A stretch of DNA of 64,000 bases. Origin: Alphaproteobacteria bacterium. GTDB taxonomy: Bacteria > Pseudomonadota > Alphaproteobacteria > UBA6615. A model generated the notes under the pieces. The model was not told where the DNA came from. It did not search any database and was given only the letters and a program-made list of their open reading frames with translations. The translations under genes and the position numbers were made by a program. Position 1 is the stretch's first letter; every line of letters starts with the position of its first letter. The stretch covers positions 72,049-136,048 of the forward strand of contig CBDHEC010000008.1 of the NCBI GenBank assembly GCA_965261975.1, in the 5' to 3' direction. Shown here piece after piece: positions 30,262-40,186 of this stretch.

Positions 30262-31312
30262 CTATTGCGCGGGTCCGCCGGAGACCGGGTAGGTATCCTT
30301 GTAGGCCGGCCAGTCACCCTGACCCGCCGCCTCGAAAACGCCACGCGCCACCGCGCGTGCGAGGCAATCCGCCGCCGCCATACCGATCCGCGCCACGTCA
30401 TGGACCGGATCCGTGACCGGGGTGTGACCGGTGGCGAGCGCAAACACCACATCGCCGTCCATCGGCGTGAAGACAGGCCGGATCGCACGCGCCATGCCGG
30501 CCTGGGCCATCCGCGCAACCCGGGCCGCCTGCGCCTTGGTCAGTGTCGCGTCGGTCGCCACCACGGCCAGGGTCGTGTTGGACGGATCCTCGCGGTGGCC
30601 ATACTTATCGAGTGGATGGTCGAGCACCTCAACACGGGTCGCACCGCCCAACCTGCCAAACTCGTCGCCACGCTCGAGCGCACCGGCCAAGAATTGGCCC
30701 GCACTGTTCGCCACAACCGACCCCAGCGCGTTCACCGCGGCCAACGCCCCGACCGTCACACCATCATCCAGGACAACCGACGCCGTCCCCTGTCCGCCCT
30801 TAAGTGCGCGGCCGTCATGTCCGGTTGTGGTGGCACCGAACCCTGCGCCCGCATTCCCCAACGCGACCTCCAGGCCGGCGCCCGCAACGGCGGCACGGGC
30901 CAGGGTGCGATAGGGAAGCGCCGTGTCGGCGTTGGCTCGAAAAGCGGTTTTGTCCCCGCCGTTCAGCAGATCGAACAGGATCACGGCCCGGCACGAGCGG
31001 CACATGTAAATCACCGACGGAGAACCCCCGCCCCTGCTCGGCGAGCCATCCCATAACGCCGTCCGCTGCCGCCAGGCCGAAGGCCGATCCGCCGCCCAGC
31101 ACAATCGCGTCCACCGCGTCCATCATGGCGTCCCCGCGCAGCAATTCGAGCTCCCGCGTTCCCGTGCCGCCGCCCTGCACATCCACGGCGGCGACCGCGC
31201 GCGAATCGGGCAAAATCACCGTCACCCCGGTGCGGATATCGGCGTCATCGGCCGCCCCGACTTTCAGACCGGCGACATCGGTAATGGCATTGCGTGGACC
31301 AACCTTGCTCAT
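30262..31312 (-). pseudogene. P1/S58 (DmpA/NylC-like) peptidase, frameshifted near 30988
   Basis: NAITDVAGLKVG...GGGTGTRE...GGSAFGL...VPLVP in one frame, then AVILFDL...GNAGAGFGA...NTTLAVVATD...DGDVVFALATG in another; CCG-G-GCC-GTG suggests one extra G. Confidence 0.85.
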
Positions 31313-32598
31313 TCGCTACCCCGCAACAGTTCCAGCCCCGCCGCCGCCATGACCTTGGCCGACACAACCATGTCATCGATATCGATATACTCATCGGGTT
31401 GATGCGCGAGCTCCAGAATTCCCGGACCATACGCCACGCAATCCTTGAGTTTGCCGACCCGCCAGACATGCTTCTGGTCGTAGGTCCCCGGCGATGCCAC
31501 ATGACGCGACGGCGTTCCCAGAACCCGCTCGATGTTTCGGTCCAGTGCGCGCACCAGGGGCGAGTCCGGTTCGGTCAGGGTCGGCGGCACCGACCAGAGT
31601 TCGCGCAGTGCATAGTCAAACTCTTCACGCTCGGCCGACAACCGGTCGAGGATGTCGACCACCTCGGCACGCACCTCCGCCTCGTCCTCTTCCATCAGGT
31701 AACGCCGGTCGAGGACGACCCGGCATCGGTCCGCGACCAGCGCGGATGGAAATCCCGAGGCCATGTCCTGTTCATCGAGCCCGCCATGGATCGAGTTGTA
31801 GTTCAGCGTCGACTGGCGCGCGGCGTCGGGAATGACCGGCATCGCGGTACGACGTTCCGCGAGCCGGGGGTAGAGCTCGTTTTCAACCTTTTCCAGGAAC
31901 GCTGCCATGCCGCGGATCGCCGACACGCCGAGAAACGGCATCGAGCCGTGGGCGATCCGGCCGAGCACCTCGATCTCGGCCCACCATACGCCGCGATGGC
32001 CCAGGCACACGCTGTCCTTGTATAGCGGCTCGGGAATGATCACATGGTCGACCCGCGGCCTGGAGAAATGGCCGCGCTCGGCAAGCCAGGCCACGCCGGC
32101 ATAACCGCCGGACTCCTCGTCCACCGTGCCGGATATCTCGATCGCACCGGGAAAGGGTGCTCCCGATTCAAGCAGCGTCTCGACGGCGATCACGCTGGCA
32201 GCCAGGCCACCCTTCATATCGCAGGTACCGCGCCCATAGACCCGGCCGTCGCGCACCAAACCGGCGAACGGATCGACGGTCCATCCCTCGCCCGGTGCCA
32301 CCACGTCGATATGGCTGTTGAAGTGGATGCACGGGCCCGGACCGTCACCTTCGATACGCGCCACCACATTGGTTCGCGGATACGCGTCGCTATCGCCGAG
32401 CGCGCCCTCGGCACGCAGATACTCGACCTCGAACCCACGCGCTGCGAGGCGTTCTCCCAGGAAACGGGCGCAGGCCTCGTACGCGTCACCCGGCGGGTTG
32501 ATCGTCGGAATGCGCACCAGGTCAGCCGTCAACGCGGCGAGCGCATCTCCCTGGCCGTCGATAAGGCGGAAAAGATCATCGATTTCATGTCCGGACAT
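31309..32598 (-). CDS. M20 family metallopeptidase (ArgE/DapE-like deacylase)
   Basis: FNSHIDVV, GRGTCDMKGG, VDEESGG, IPEP, AHQPDE. Confidence 0.93.
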   Translation of the reverse strand: MSGHEIDDLFRLIDGQGDALAALTADLVRIPTINPPGDAYEACARFLGERLAARGFEVEYLRAEGALGDSDAYPRTNVVARIEGDGPGPCIHFNSHIDVVAPGEGWTVDPFAGLVRDGRVYGRGTCDMKGGLAASVIAVETLLESGAPFPGAIEISGTVDEESGGYAGVAWLAERGHFSRPRVDHVIIPEPLYKDSVCLGHRGVWWAEIEVLGRIAHGSMPFLGVSAIRGMAAFLEKVENELYPRLAERRTAMPVIPDAARQSTLNYNSIHGGLDEQDMASGFPSALVADRCRVVLDRRYLMEEDEAEVRAEVVDILDRLSAEREEFDYALRELWSVPPTLTEPDSPLVRALDRNIERVLGTPSRHVASPGTYDQKHVWRVGKLKDCVAYGPGILELAHQPDEYIDIDDMVVSAKVMAAAGLELLRGSE

Positions 32599-32652
32599 AA
32601 AGGCAAGCTAGAGCGGTTCAATCTGTCGGGACAAGGCTTTAGAGTGCCGCCG

Positions 32653-33861
32653 ATGACAGCTCTGGCAGAAACTCTCCCCACGCTTCCCGAAATTCGTCTC
32701 CAGGCCGGGCGCCACAAGCGCGCCCGCCAGGGTCACCCATGGATATTTTCCAACGAGATCGAGATGGATGCGGACGCCAAGGCGCTGCCGCCCGGCGGGC
32801 TTGTCCAGTTGATCGACGCGAGCAAACGGCCGCTCGGCGTCGCCACCTTCAACCCCCACCCGCTGATCGCAGCGCGCATCCTGAGCCGCGACCCCGAAAC
32901 GCCGATTGACGGAGACTTCGTGAATGCGCGCCTGCGTGCCGCACTCGCGGTGCGCGAGGCGCTTTACACCGTGCCCTACTACCGGCTGGTGCATGCCGAG
33001 GCTGACGGGCTCCCGGGCCTGATCATCGACCGGTTCGGTGACGTCTGCGTGGTTCAGGTGAACACCGCAGGCATGGAGAAACTCAGCGACCATCTGACGG
33101 CGGCACTACAGGACGTCCTGACGCCAAAGACCATCCTGTTCCGCAACGACAGCGCCGTGCGCAACCTCGAAGGGCTGCCCCAGGAGATCCGCGTCGTCGG
33201 TGACCCGCTTGAAGGCCCGATCGAGGTCATGGAAAACGGCGGCGTGTTCAAGGCCGATCCGCGCGAGGGACAGAAAACCGGCTGGTTCTATGATCAGCGC
33301 GACAACCGCGCCTTCGTGGCCGCACTCGCCAAGGACAAACGTGTGGCCGATTTCTATTCCTACACCGGCGGGTTCGCCGTCACGGCGGCGCTGGCGGGTG
33401 CAGGCGAAGTACATGCCTTCGACCGGTCCCAGGCGGCCCTCGATTTCGCGACCCAGGCCGCGGCGGCCAATGGTGTTGCAGAGAAGTTCTCCGCCACCCG
33501 CGGCGATGCCTTTCAACTGCTACACGGCTTTGCCGCGTCCGGCGAGACATACGACGTGGTGGTTGTGGACCCGCCGGCCTTTGTCAAATCCAAGAAAGAC
33601 TATCAGGCCGGCATCCGTGGCTACCGCAAGCTGTTCAGGCTGGCTGCGCAGATCGTCGCCCCGGGCGGGTATCTGTTCGCCGCATCCTGCTCACACCATG
33701 TGGACCCACCCAGCTTCGCCGACGCCGTGCGCCGCGCACTCGCCGACACGGGCCGGTCCGGGCGCATCCTGCGCAGCTCGGGTGCCGCGCCAGACCATCC
33801 GGTCCATCCCTTCCTGCCCGAGACGGGCTATCTCAAGGGGCAGATGATCCAGCTCGACTGA
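32653..33861 (+). CDS. SAM-dependent rRNA m5C methyltransferase (RlmI-like)
   Basis: GHPWIFSNE (PUA), EADGLPGLIIDRF, GQKTGWFYDQRDNR, YTGGF, DPPAF, SCS. Confidence 0.92.
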   Translation: MTALAETLPTLPEIRLQAGRHKRARQGHPWIFSNEIEMDADAKALPPGGLVQLIDASKRPLGVATFNPHPLIAARILSRDPETPIDGDFVNARLRAALAVREALYTVPYYRLVHAEADGLPGLIIDRFGDVCVVQVNTAGMEKLSDHLTAALQDVLTPKTILFRNDSAVRNLEGLPQEIRVVGDPLEGPIEVMENGGVFKADPREGQKTGWFYDQRDNRAFVAALAKDKRVADFYSYTGGFAVTAALAGAGEVHAFDRSQAALDFATQAAAANGVAEKFSATRGDAFQLLHGFAASGETYDVVVVDPPAFVKSKKDYQAGIRGYRKLFRLAAQIVAPGGYLFAASCSHHVDPPSFADAVRRALADTGRSGRILRSSGAAPDHPVHPFLPETGYLKGQMIQLD

Positions 33862-33869
33862 CGCTGCAC

Positions 33870-34733
33870 CTAGCGAACGACCTCGTTCAGGGACCAGTCA
33901 TAGTCGTAGCCGCCGATTTCGTGAATCAGCTTGAGATCACGCGCCAGCTCCGGGCGGGCATATTTGCGCAGATGTGCCAGAACGCCGGTCTCTGATCCGC
34001 CGAAATCCTCCTGGAACCAATCATAGATGCTCGACGCGGTCAGGGACCCGCCCCGCAGCTCCGCACCACGCGGATGGTTCACATAGGCAATCGCATTTGC
34101 CTCGAGCAAAGCGTCCACCCGATCGGCCGTGTAGGCCGTATCAATCAGGTTCGGGCAGCCGATCGATGCACAATTGACCGCATAGTGAATGCGCGGGTCC
34201 TGCCAGATCGGGCGCAGGATGCGGTGCTCGATATCGTCGAGCGAGATATCTTCGCCCTCAACGGAGATCAGTTTCTTGCCCCAGGGGCCGATGGAGAAAA
34301 GCCCCGGCGAGATACTGATCTTCAGGATCGAGCTCACCGGATAATGGTCGACGATCAATTGCACGGTCAGCGCGTTGTAGAGATTGATCCAGTAGGCGAG
34401 CTGTTCGTCGCGGTTCAGGCCACTGACCGGGGTCTCCGCCATCCGCACGATGTATCCATCGAGGGCCGGCCGGTCGCCGTCGGCCAGGCCGGCATAGTCG
34501 AAACGAACCACGCCGTCATCGGATGGGCGGGTATATTTCTGCAGGAGACGCGTCCACTCCTGATGATCGACCGTCTGCGTCGACGCCGGGTCATGGGCCG
34601 ACCAGCGCGGCCAGAGTTTGGACTTGGGGGCCGCCATAACGGGCATCGCCAGGAGCGCGAGCAGGAACGCAGCGCCCAGAAGGGCTGCGAGCAGAAGACA
34701 GGAAGGGTAAGCGCGGGCGAGAGAATTTGTCAT
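33870..34733 (-). CDS. DUF547 domain exported protein
   Basis: QLAYWINLYNA, SLDDIEH.ILR, DPRIHYAVNCASIGCP, YDYDWSLN. Confidence 0.92.
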   Translation of the reverse strand: MTNSLARAYPSCLLLAALLGAAFLLALLAMPVMAAPKSKLWPRWSAHDPASTQTVDHQEWTRLLQKYTRPSDDGVVRFDYAGLADGDRPALDGYIVRMAETPVSGLNRDEQLAYWINLYNALTVQLIVDHYPVSSILKISISPGLFSIGPWGKKLISVEGEDISLDDIEHRILRPIWQDPRIHYAVNCASIGCPNLIDTAYTADRVDALLEANAIAYVNHPRGAELRGGSLTASSIYDWFQEDFGGSETGVLAHLRKYARPELARDLKLIHEIGGYDYDWSLNEVVR

Positions 34734-34899
34734 ACCGGTTATGTTGGTTCGCCGTCGCAGGATCGAAAGCGGGCTCACGCCGATTTGAGCGACCCGTTAG
34801 CGCGGATCGCCGCATCGACAGCGCGCGAACAACCCGGCAAAGTGGCCGTCGTTTTCGGGTTGATGATCGCCCGGCGCTCTCTTTATTCGGATTAGGCTG

Positions 34900-35331
34900 A
34901 TGACCCCGCGTCCATGCCAGTTTCCTCTAGACCCGCATGAGCAACTGCTGGTGTTCGATGGCATCTGTCGCGTGTGTAGCGGTTGGGCTCGGTTCCTGCT
35001 CCGTTTCGACACGAATGCCCGGATCAGCCTCACGACAATTCAATCGAAAACCGGCGAAGCCATCCTCAGCGAACTCGGCCTCGACCAAGCACCTCTCGAG
35101 ACGCTCGTGTTTGTCACCAACGGCATCGCCTATTTCCAGACCGATGCGATCCTGCGGGTCCTGGGACAATTGCCCGCCGGCTGGCGATTCCTGCTGCTGC
35201 TATACGTAATTCCCCACCCGATACGTGACTGGCTCTACGTTCGGCTGGCACGAAATCGCTATCGTTGGTTCGGGCAACGCGACACCTGCTTCGTTCCCGA
35301 TGCTTCGACCGAAGCCCGATTCCGGAACTAG
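34900..35331 (+). CDS. DCC1-like thiol-disulfide oxidoreductase (DUF393)
   Basis: FDGICRVC (DxxCxxC), RDWLY..LARNRYRWFG. Confidence 0.9.
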   Translation: MTPRPCQFPLDPHEQLLVFDGICRVCSGWARFLLRFDTNARISLTTIQSKTGEAILSELGLDQAPLETLVFVTNGIAYFQTDAILRVLGQLPAGWRFLLLLYVIPHPIRDWLYVRLARNRYRWFGQRDTCFVPDASTEARFRN

Positions 35332-35358
35332 CACGGGCGAAACTGCACTTGATGCCGG

Positions 35359-36777
35359 TTAGCCCTCGGACCGGAAGGTCAGCCTGAAGACCGTGCCGTC
35401 GTCGCCCGACGCGGCGAGCTCGAGGTCTCCGCCATGGGCCTGCATCACGTCGCGGGCGATCACCAGGCCGAGACCGGTACCGCCCTGGCGGGCCGAGCCC
35501 TTGAAGGGCTTGAACAGGCTTTCGCGTGCCGCGTTGGCCAGACCGGGGCCATTGTCTGCCGCCTCCACAGTCAATTCACCATTGGCAGACGAACTGACCG
35601 AAATCGTGACCCGGCGCGCACCCGCCTCGAAGGCGTTCCGGCCAAGATTCGAGAACACCCGGTAAATCTGGTCACGGTCCGCCTCGACGATGGTGTCGTC
35701 AGGCACCTCGTTGACGACCTGAGGGCCGGCGCCCGCGTCACCACGCTCACTCTCCGCGAGCACCGCGAGATCGGATGCAACGTCGCCGATCAGCTCGTGC
35801 AGGCGAAACCGCGTATGGGTCAACTCCGGGCCTTCATCGCGCGCGTAGTTAAGCGTGCGGGTGCACAGATTGATGGCGCGATCGATGGCCTGGATCAAAG
35901 GGCTGGCGACCCGTTTGACCTCCGGATTGTCGACACCGGACAAGCGGTCGGAGAGCAGGACGGCCGTCGACAGGATGCCGCGCAGATCATGGTTGATCTT
36001 GCTCATGGCCGAACCGAGGGCGGCCAGGTGTTCCTGCTGGCGAAGCGCGCCGCGCAGATCCTTCTGCATTTCCGCCAGCACCGTTTGTGCAACGCCGATT
36101 TCGTCGGTCCGCCGGGTCTCCTTCAGGCCGACGGTGGAGTCCTTGGGGTCTTGCGAGAACCGGGTCATGTCCTCGGTGATCCGGCGCATCGGCCGCACCA
36201 TGAGCCATTGCAGGGAGAGGTACAAAAGCAGCCCGGTAATCAACGAAATGACGACCGAAAGGAGCAGGATGTTGCGCGAATAGCCGATCATCTCCGCGCG
36301 CAGCTGCGCCTCGTTCAGCACCACCTCGACCTCGAGATCGGGATCTTCTTCCGTGGGGCTGATCAGGCGTAACGTGGGATCGCCGGCGCGGGCCATGGTC
36401 GCAAACGCCGCGCCGATATTCCCAAAAAGGGAGCCGTCCGCCAGGTTCACCGTGACATCAACCGGCGGCGGCGGGGCCGTGAAGAGAAGCAATCTCCGGT
36501 CGGCGCGTTTCAGGACAACCGCATAGGCGTCCGCGCGCGACAGAAGCTGCGCCTTCAGATCTTCGCTGATCAACTCGGCCGGCGCGGCCTCGAGCGCCAG
36601 AATGGCGATATGCGCAGACTCCGCCTGATCCTTTAGCCAATTGGTCCGGAAGTTGGACACCGACGGCGCATAGATCAACACTTCGGCGAGCATGACGAAC
36701 AGGACCGTCAGGACCAGCAGACGGGCCGACAATGAACGCGCAAAAGGCGGGAGCGAGAATTTCCGCGACCGTATCAT
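35359..36777 (-). CDS. HAMP-domain sensor histidine kinase
   Basis: Two TM segments, HAMP (RPMRRI...DEIG), H-box KINHDLR, N-box NLGRNA, DNGPG, GGTGLGL. Confidence 0.94.
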   Translation of the reverse strand: MIRSRKFSLPPFARSLSARLLVLTVLFVMLAEVLIYAPSVSNFRTNWLKDQAESAHIAILALEAAPAELISEDLKAQLLSRADAYAVVLKRADRRLLLFTAPPPPVDVTVNLADGSLFGNIGAAFATMARAGDPTLRLISPTEEDPDLEVEVVLNEAQLRAEMIGYSRNILLLSVVISLITGLLLYLSLQWLMVRPMRRITEDMTRFSQDPKDSTVGLKETRRTDEIGVAQTVLAEMQKDLRGALRQQEHLAALGSAMSKINHDLRGILSTAVLLSDRLSGVDNPEVKRVASPLIQAIDRAINLCTRTLNYARDEGPELTHTRFRLHELIGDVASDLAVLAESERGDAGAGPQVVNEVPDDTIVEADRDQIYRVFSNLGRNAFEAGARRVTISVSSSANGELTVEAADNGPGLANAARESLFKPFKGSARQGGTGLGLVIARDVMQAHGGDLELAASGDDGTVFRLTFRSEG

Positions 36778-36834
36778 GACGCGCGCATGTGTAGCAGAAA
36801 TCTGCTGTTCCGGTCAGTCACACGACCTTGTTCA

Positions 36835-38265
36835 TTATCCGAACCTCGCAAGGAAACGCACGATCTTGCGTGTCCGCTCGGAAAAGAGCGACGGCGTGTA
36901 GTAGGAACCGGCGGCCCTCTTGTTGATCTCCCCCAGAGTCGGATAGGGCGCGATGATCTGCGCCATCGCACCGATCTTCATTTTCTGGGAGACAGCCAAA
37001 ATCCAGGGCTGGATCAGCTCGCCGGCATGAGGCCCGACAATTCCCGCCCCGAGGATTCGACCCTTGGGGCCGATCACGGCCTTGACCATACCCTCGGTAC
37101 GACGCTCGGTGCGCGCGCGGTCATTCTCGTCGAAGCTGGCCGTGACGATGCGGATGTTGTCGCCATGTTTGTCCCGGGCGGCCGCCTCGGTCAGGCCCAC
37201 ATTCGCCAACTCGGGGTCGGTGTAGGTGACCCAGGGTACGGCGTCGTAATTCACCTTGGCTGGCATCCGAAACAGCACATTCCGGATCACGATGCCGGCG
37301 TGATAACCGGCAATATGGGTGAACTGGTAGCGACCGGCGACATCGCCGACAGCGAACACGCGCTTGTTGGTGGTGCGCAAACTTGCATCCACCTCGATGC
37401 CCCGCCGGTCAAATTTTACACCTGCGGCCTCGAGATCGAGGCTCGCCAGGTTCGGCGACCGGCCCACCGCAACAAGAATATGCGTGCCCGTCACTTCGAA
37501 GCTTCGGTCGTCATGCTCGCAAACCACCGCGACGCCCTCTGGCGCGGCCTTTACCTCGACAACTTTCGTATCTTCGTGAACATCAATGCCTTCGGCGATC
37601 AGGCGCGAGCGAACCACGGCGACCAGGTCCCGGTCATCGGGGCCCATCACCTGGAACGCTTCCAGTACCGTGACCTTCGATCCCAGCTGGCGGTGGGCCT
37701 GAGCCATCTCGAGACCGATCGGCCCGCCCCCGACAACGATCAGGTGACTGGGGCGCTCGCGCAGCTCAAAAACCGTTTCATTCGTCAGATAGCTGACCTG
37801 ATCGAGGCCCGGGATGGGCGGTACGGCCGGCGAGGAGCCCGTGGCGACGACGAAACGCCGCGCGCGCACCCGGGTGCCGTTCTCGCCGAGCACCTCGCGG
37901 GGGCCGACAAACTTCGCACCCTCCTCGAACACCTCAACACCCAGATCGGTAAAACGCTCGACACTGTCATGGGGTGCAATGCCGGCGACCACCCCTTGGA
38001 CGTGATCGTTGACGGCCGCGAAGTCGATGTCCGCCGCCTTGCCGTTCACGCCGAACTGGCTGGTATGACCGTAATGGGCGGCGGCATGACCGGCCGCCAG
38101 CAATGCCTTGGACGGCACGCAACCATAGTTCAGGCAATCACCACCCATCTTGCCGCGCTCGAATAGGGCGACGCTTGCACCCATCTGCACCGCACCGGCA
38201 GCGACGGACAAACCGCCCGAGCCAGCGCCGATCACGCACAAATCCACGTCTCGCGTTTCACTCAT
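36835..38265 (-). CDS. Pyridine nucleotide-disulfide oxidoreductase (Lpd/MerA-like, TVP38-associated type)
   Basis: GAGSGG, GGDCLNYGCVPSK, GGGPIG, GDV, YTDPE, YPTLGE. Confidence 0.92.
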   Translation of the reverse strand: MSETRDVDLCVIGAGSGGLSVAAGAVQMGASVALFERGKMGGDCLNYGCVPSKALLAAGHAAAHYGHTSQFGVNGKAADIDFAAVNDHVQGVVAGIAPHDSVERFTDLGVEVFEEGAKFVGPREVLGENGTRVRARRFVVATGSSPAVPPIPGLDQVSYLTNETVFELRERPSHLIVVGGGPIGLEMAQAHRQLGSKVTVLEAFQVMGPDDRDLVAVVRSRLIAEGIDVHEDTKVVEVKAAPEGVAVVCEHDDRSFEVTGTHILVAVGRSPNLASLDLEAAGVKFDRRGIEVDASLRTTNKRVFAVGDVAGRYQFTHIAGYHAGIVIRNVLFRMPAKVNYDAVPWVTYTDPELANVGLTEAAARDKHGDNIRIVTASFDENDRARTERRTEGMVKAVIGPKGRILGAGIVGPHAGELIQPWILAVSQKMKIGAMAQIIAPYPTLGEINKRAAGSYYTPSLFSERTRKIVRFLARFG

Positions 38266-38313
38266 GACAACACCAATATCTGCAATTCAGGGAAGACAAA
38301 GCCGAGCGCCCAA

Positions 38314-39078
38314 TCAGGACACCACGGAGGGAGACCGGTTCTTCCGGGCCTGGATCCGCTTATAGATCACCGGCAGCAGCGCCAGCACCGCCAGGCCGAC
38401 CAGTGGACCCAGAATTTCGGGCCGGAAGATAATGCCCAGATCGGGATCCTGCCCGGCGTCGATGAGTGCACCAAGGCCATTACCGACCGATGCGTAAACG
38501 AAGGTGCCGGGGATAATGCCGAAGAAAGTACCCACGACGTAGGTCGTGGTCGACACCCCCAGGAACGCGGGCACAAGGTTCACCAGCCAGAACGGAAACA
38601 ACGGGATCAGGCGGAGAACAAGCAGGTAGCTGAGGGCGTTCGCGCGAAACCCATCCTCCATCTTCGACACGAACGGGCCGGCCTTGGCGTGCAGCACATC
38701 GCCCAGGGCAGTCCGCGCAATCAGGAATAGTGCGGTGGCGCCAACCGTCGCCCCCACCACCACGATCAGGCCACCACCGATGGCACCGAACAAAAAACCG
38801 CCGGTGAGGGTCATGATCAACCCACCGGGCAAGGAGAAGGCGATGACGGTGGCGTAAATCGCGGCAAATGCCAGGATCGCAACGATTCCATTGTCGCTCA
38901 CCAGCATGCGGAGCGTTTCGCGGTTCTCTTTGAGCGCCTCAAGCGACACAAAACGGTTCAGGTCGAGTGCAAAAAAGGCCACAAAACCGGCGATCAGGAT
39001 CGTAATCGGCAGAATTCGCCGCAGCAAAACCGTCTGAAACGAGCTTTTTGGCGGCGTCGGCGTGGAAGATTCGTTCAT
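38314..39078 (-). CDS. TVP38/TMEM64 (DedA superfamily) membrane protein
   Basis: SLPGG...GGFLFG, LRLIPLFPFWLVN, GIIPGT. Confidence 0.92.
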   Translation of the reverse strand: MNESSTPTPPKSSFQTVLLRRILPITILIAGFVAFFALDLNRFVSLEALKENRETLRMLVSDNGIVAILAFAAIYATVIAFSLPGGLIMTLTGGFLFGAIGGGLIVVVGATVGATALFLIARTALGDVLHAKAGPFVSKMEDGFRANALSYLLVLRLIPLFPFWLVNLVPAFLGVSTTTYVVGTFFGIIPGTFVYASVGNGLGALIDAGQDPDLGIIFRPEILGPLVGLAVLALLPVIYKRIQARKNRSPSVVS

Positions 39079-39184
39079 CGCGTTCTTATCCTTGTTTGTT
39101 GCGAAACTACTTGGTGCATCATGACAGCCTGAACCATTCACCAATGCGTGACTTTGCATGCTCTGTTAACACCGCGAGGGTGCG

Positions 39185-39213
39185 TTGACTTCCATCGGCC
39201 GAAAACGTATACA
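39185..39213 (+). promoter_or_regulatory. Sigma70-type promoter of the rpmH operon
   Basis: TTGACT-N17-TATACA about 40 bp upstream of rpmH. Confidence 0.7.
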
Positions 39214-39255
39214 GCGCGCCGACTTGCAAGGCCTTAAAGGCAATGGAGAATTCGC

Positions 39256-39390
39256 GTGAAGCGGACATTTCAACCGAGCAATCTGGTGCGCAAGCGCCGC
39301 CATGGATTTCGTTCCCGCATGAAGACGGTGGGTGGACGTCGTGTTTTGGCGCGCCGGCGTGCGCGAGGCCGCAAAAAGCTGAGTGCCTGA
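39256..39390 (+). CDS. rpmH: 50S ribosomal protein L34
   Basis: Not in the ORF track; GTG start after GGAG; [44 protein letters not shown]. Confidence 0.97.
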   Translation: MKRTFQPSNLVRKRRHGFRSRMKTVGGRRVLARRRARGRKKLSA

Positions 39391-39446
39391 ACAGTGCCGG
39401 GCGCGGATCACACCGCGCAGGCACGAGCACCGGGATTGATGAACTC

Positions 39447-39869
39447 ATGACGACGGCGGAGGCAACAACGCCGGGTACGGTCGGCCGCACGGTTTCGACA
39501 ATCGCGCGCTTGCCGAAGCGTCGTGATTTCTTGCGTATCGCGGCCGCCAAACGCCGTTGGGCCGAGCCCGGCCTCGTCCTCCAGACAGCCCCGATCCCTG
39601 ACGACGCCGAGAAAGACACGGGCACAATTCGTGTCGGCTTCACTGCCACCCGCAAGATCGGTAATGCCGTGGTGCGAAACCGCGCGCGCCGCCGCCTGCG
39701 TGCCGCCGTTCGCGAGATTATTCCAACACGAGCCCGCCCGGACCTGGACTATGTGCTGATCGCGCGCGCGACCACGGGTGCGCGGGACTACGCCGCCCTC
39801 AGAGACGATCTCATCACGGCCCTGGAACGCTGTGATGCGCTGTTGGGCGATGGGGTAAACCAGGCATGA
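39447..39869 (+). CDS. rnpA: Ribonuclease P protein component
   Basis: [39 protein letters not shown]; position after rpmH. Confidence 0.95.
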   Translation: MTTAEATTPGTVGRTVSTIARLPKRRDFLRIAAAKRRWAEPGLVLQTAPIPDDAEKDTGTIRVGFTATRKIGNAVVRNRARRRLRAAVREIIPTRARPDLDYVLIARATTGARDYAALRDDLITALERCDALLGDGVNQA

Positions 39870-40180
39870 TGAAACTCATCTCCTATCTCCCGGTGGCCCT
39901 GCTGAAAGTCTTGATCCTGTTCTGGCAGTGGGTCTTGTCGCCGGTGCTTGGTACGAATTGCCGTTATCAACCGAGCTGCTCTCATTACGCGGCCGAGGCA
40001 CTTTCACGCCACGGCGCCATTCGCGGCAGCTGGCTGGCCACGCGACGGATTCTCAGTTGCAACCCTTGGGGCGGTGCGGGTTATGACCCAGTCCCGAAGG
40101 TTCATGACTGCGTCGAACATGACGTTATCGAACACGACCACACACCGCATGGCACAGCCATGCCCACGCCGCGGAGCTAG
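39866..40180 (+). CDS. yidD: Membrane protein insertion efficiency factor
   Basis: [28 protein letters not shown]. Confidence 0.94.
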   Translation: MMKLISYLPVALLKVLILFWQWVLSPVLGTNCRYQPSCSHYAAEALSRHGAIRGSWLATRRILSCNPWGGAGYDPVPKVHDCVEHDVIEHDHTPHGTAMPTPRS

Positions 40181-40186
40181 GCGAAG

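Noticed and set aside
32044-32652. N-terminal extension making a 605-aa methyltransferase
   Set aside because: It overlaps the M20 gene on the opposite strand; RlmI-like sequence starts at ATG 32653
36835-38265. Mercuric reductase MerA
   Set aside because: No C-terminal Cys-Cys pair, no NmerA domain, no mer genes nearby
39160-39260. Replication origin near rpmH
   Set aside because: No dnaA, DnaA-box cluster or AT-rich unwinding element; rpmH is usually unlinked from oriC in alphaproteobacteria
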